DNA from: Halalkalibacterium halodurans
Lineage (GTDB): Bacteria; Bacillota; Bacilli; Bacillales; Bacillaceae_D
Direction of reading: 5' to 3'
DNA: 32,000 nt
Assembly (NCBI RefSeq): GCF_004376175.1
Contig: NZ_SNUY01000011.1
Span: forward strand, 20,341-52,340
In this document: positions 30,624 through 32,000 of the stretch, one piece after another
How the letters are laid out: each line of letters opens with the position of its first letter
How positions within the stretch are numbered: position 1 is the first letter of the stretch
The notes under the pieces: generated by a model
What the model saw: the letters and a program-made list of their open reading frames with translations, nothing else
Databases searched by the model: none
What the model was told of the DNA's origin: nothing
Made by a program: the position numbers and the translations under genes

Positions 30624-31514
30624 ATGGCTAGACCGAGAGACCCGCGGAGGGATGAAGCAAAAGAAGCGTGGTTAAAATCCAACGGGGAAGCGAAATTGAA
30701 GGACATTGCCACCTATCTAGGTGTTTCGGCTTCAACCATCCGCAAATGGAAAGCTCAAGACCGTTGGGAAGATGAATTGAAAGGGAGCGCTCCTAAACCG
30801 AAAAGGAGCGCTCCTAAACAGGGAGCTCCTAAAGGCAACGATAACGCCAAAGGTAATAAAGGCGGTGCTGCGCCCAAAGGCAACAAAAATGCAGTAGGAA
30901 ATTCGGGCGGAGCTGCACCACGAGGGAACAAGAACGCACTCACCACGGGCGAGTATGAATCCATCCTTATCGACACATTGTCCGAAGAGGAGCAGGCACT
31001 ATTCGACATTGTGGACACGTCTCCTGTCTCTCAAATTGAAGAGAATATCCGTATCCTTGCAATTAGGGAAAGGCGAATGTTGCAAAGGATAAACGACATC
31101 ATAGAGGGTATGACAGAGAAGGAAGTGCGGATTCTAAAACAACTAAGAAAAACGAAGGTGCCAGTTGAAAAGCCGGACTTTGAAAATGGTGGCTTTAAAG
31201 AGGTTATAGTCAATAAGGAAGAGTTAGTCGTTGTCGAAGAGGAAGAGACCACATATCGAAAGATTGACGACATACTGAAGATTGAAGACGCCCTCACACG
31301 AGTGCAAAATCAGAAGCAAAAAGCCATCAAGATGTTATTCGAGATGACCGAGGCGTATTCGCAGCGTACAGAGATTGCCTTGCGTCGCTTGAAGTTGGAT
31401 GAGGAAGCTGCAAAGAAGGATGCTCAAATTGATCTTGTGAAGGACAATGTGGATCTGTCTAACCTTTCAGACGAAGAGCTAGAAAAGGAACTGAAAAAGT
31501 ATGGATTATCGTAG
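30624..31514 (+). CDS. Terminase small subunit (XtmA-like, N-terminal HTH, GNKNA repeats)
   Basis: MARPRDP...LKDIATYLGVSASTIRKWKAQDRWEDEL followed by APKGN.NA.GN.GGAAP.GNKNA repeats, as in remembered PBSX XtmA-type TerS. It overlaps the large-subunit start. Confidence 0.85.
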   Translation: MARPRDPRRDEAKEAWLKSNGEAKLKDIATYLGVSASTIRKWKAQDRWEDELKGSAPKPKRSAPKQGAPKGNDNAKGNKGGAAPKGNKNAVGNSGGAAPRGNKNALTTGEYESILIDTLSEEEQALFDIVDTSPVSQIEENIRILAIRERRMLQRINDIIEGMTEKEVRILKQLRKTKVPVEKPDFENGGFKEVIVNKEELVVVEEEETTYRKIDDILKIEDALTRVQNQKQKAIKMLFEMTEAYSQRTEIALRRLKLDEEAAKKDAQIDLVKDNVDLSNLSDEELEKELKKYGLS

Positions 31515-32000
31515 AGCGCTATTAGAAGAGAAATTGCGACGCGCCATGCGTGAAACGATTTTGAATGCTAGGCGTAATTTCTGGGACTTCTGTAAGACCA
31601 GGGCGCCAGATTTCTACAAAGAGGATCGATGGTATCTAGAACTCTATTGTAAAACTCTCGAAGCTCTATATAGGAAGCACCTTACAAAACAATACTTTTA
31701 TTCCTTGGCAAAAGAGATCGCTCCCGACTGGTTTATAGAAGAGTTTGAGTGGGAACTAATTCCCGATCGATCACAGCCTTTTGAAAAAATGATCATCAAT
31801 ATGCCCCCACGTCATGGGAAATCACGAACTCTCAACATGTTTTGTGAATGGCTGCTGGGTGATGATCCCGATAACAAGATCATTACGGCCAGCTACAATG
31901 AGGATATGGCCACAACCTTCTCCCGTAATACTCGTGATGGGATAGCGGAGAAAAAGGTTGCACCGCAGCACTTGGTCTATTCGGATATCTTCCCGAATAT
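31501..32000 (+). CDS. Terminase large subunit (5' partial, runs off window)
   Basis: ATG 31501 opens a frame that stays open to the window end. Walker A-like MPPRHGKS and ITASYNEDMA are typical of TerL ATPase domains. It is absent from the ORF track because there is no stop in the window. Confidence 0.8.
   Translation, partial: MDYRRALLEEKLRRAMRETILNARRNFWDFCKTRAPDFYKEDRWYLELYCKTLEALYRKHLTKQYFYSLAKEIAPDWFIEEFEWELIPDRSQPFEKMIINMPPRHGKSRTLNMFCEWLLGDDPDNKIITASYNEDMATTFSRNTRDGIAEKKVAPQHLVYSDIFPN

Larger units (their letters stand above)
14480..32000. mobile_element. Prophage, left arm only (attL within yhbH 3' end; right end beyond window)
   Basis: Composition drops at about 14480-14500. Downstream follow an integrase, an immA/XRE switch, replication genes, an antirepressor, a late sigma-like factor and terminase genes in canonical temperate-siphovirus order. 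The left boundary is approximate. Confidence 0.85.

Noticed and set aside
30781-30940. Nucleotide direct repeats (GGAGCGCTCCTAAAC x2, GGCAACAA...) considered as a tandem repeat or CRISPR-like array
   Set aside because: They are in-frame and encode the APKGN/GNKNA peptide repeats typical of this small-terminase family. There is no spacer-repeat periodicity.
30755-31297. Minus-strand ORFs within the small terminase gene
   Set aside because: They are antisense shadows of a confidently assigned TerS gene.
1-32000. Scan for rRNA, tRNA, CRISPR arrays, IS elements and transposase genes
   Set aside because: None was seen. The only recombinase is the prophage serine integrase, and no regularly spaced repeat arrays are present.

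Overview
The window comes from a Bacillaceae-type Firmicute. Positions 1 to about 14480 are ordinary chromosome. The gene order matches, from memory, the B. subtilis yhbA(queG)-yhbB-cspR(trmL)...prkA-yhbH neighbourhood. Here it also carries dps, a B3/B4-domain gene, ogt, a Fur-box-controlled yclNOPQ-like siderophore ABC importer, a signal peptidase I and a decayed PBP fragment. From about 14480 to the window end is the left arm of a prophage inserted into the 3' end of yhbH. In order it contains: an AT-rich three-gene cargo cassette; an SprA-like large serine recombinase; an immA / membrane protein / XRE-repressor lysogeny module facing a cro-like early operon; a replication module (AAA_24 ATPase, initiator with internal iterons, DnaC/DnaI-like loader, RecU); a dUTPase-like gene; a Bro-N antirepressor; an MmcB-like nuclease; an Xpf-like late sigma factor; and an XtmA-like small terminase followed by the start of the large terminase. 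attR and the structural and lysis genes lie outside the window. The best candidate for an undescribed system is the translationally coupled trio at 14748-16073, between attL and the integrase. It consists of a small acidic protein, a MazF/PemK-like endoribonuclease fused to a C-terminal double zinc ribbon, and a 170-aa all-helical protein of unknown family. Other points worth a second look: the phage-supplied replacement C-terminus of YhbH, a putative origin (iterons plus an AT-rich tract) inside the initiator gene, a long intergenic hairpin, a membrane protein on the repressor transcript, and several coupled ORFs under 60 aa that are missing from the ORF track. I saw no rRNA, tRNA or CRISPR array. 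All family assignments come from reading motifs and from remembered homologues, not from searches.
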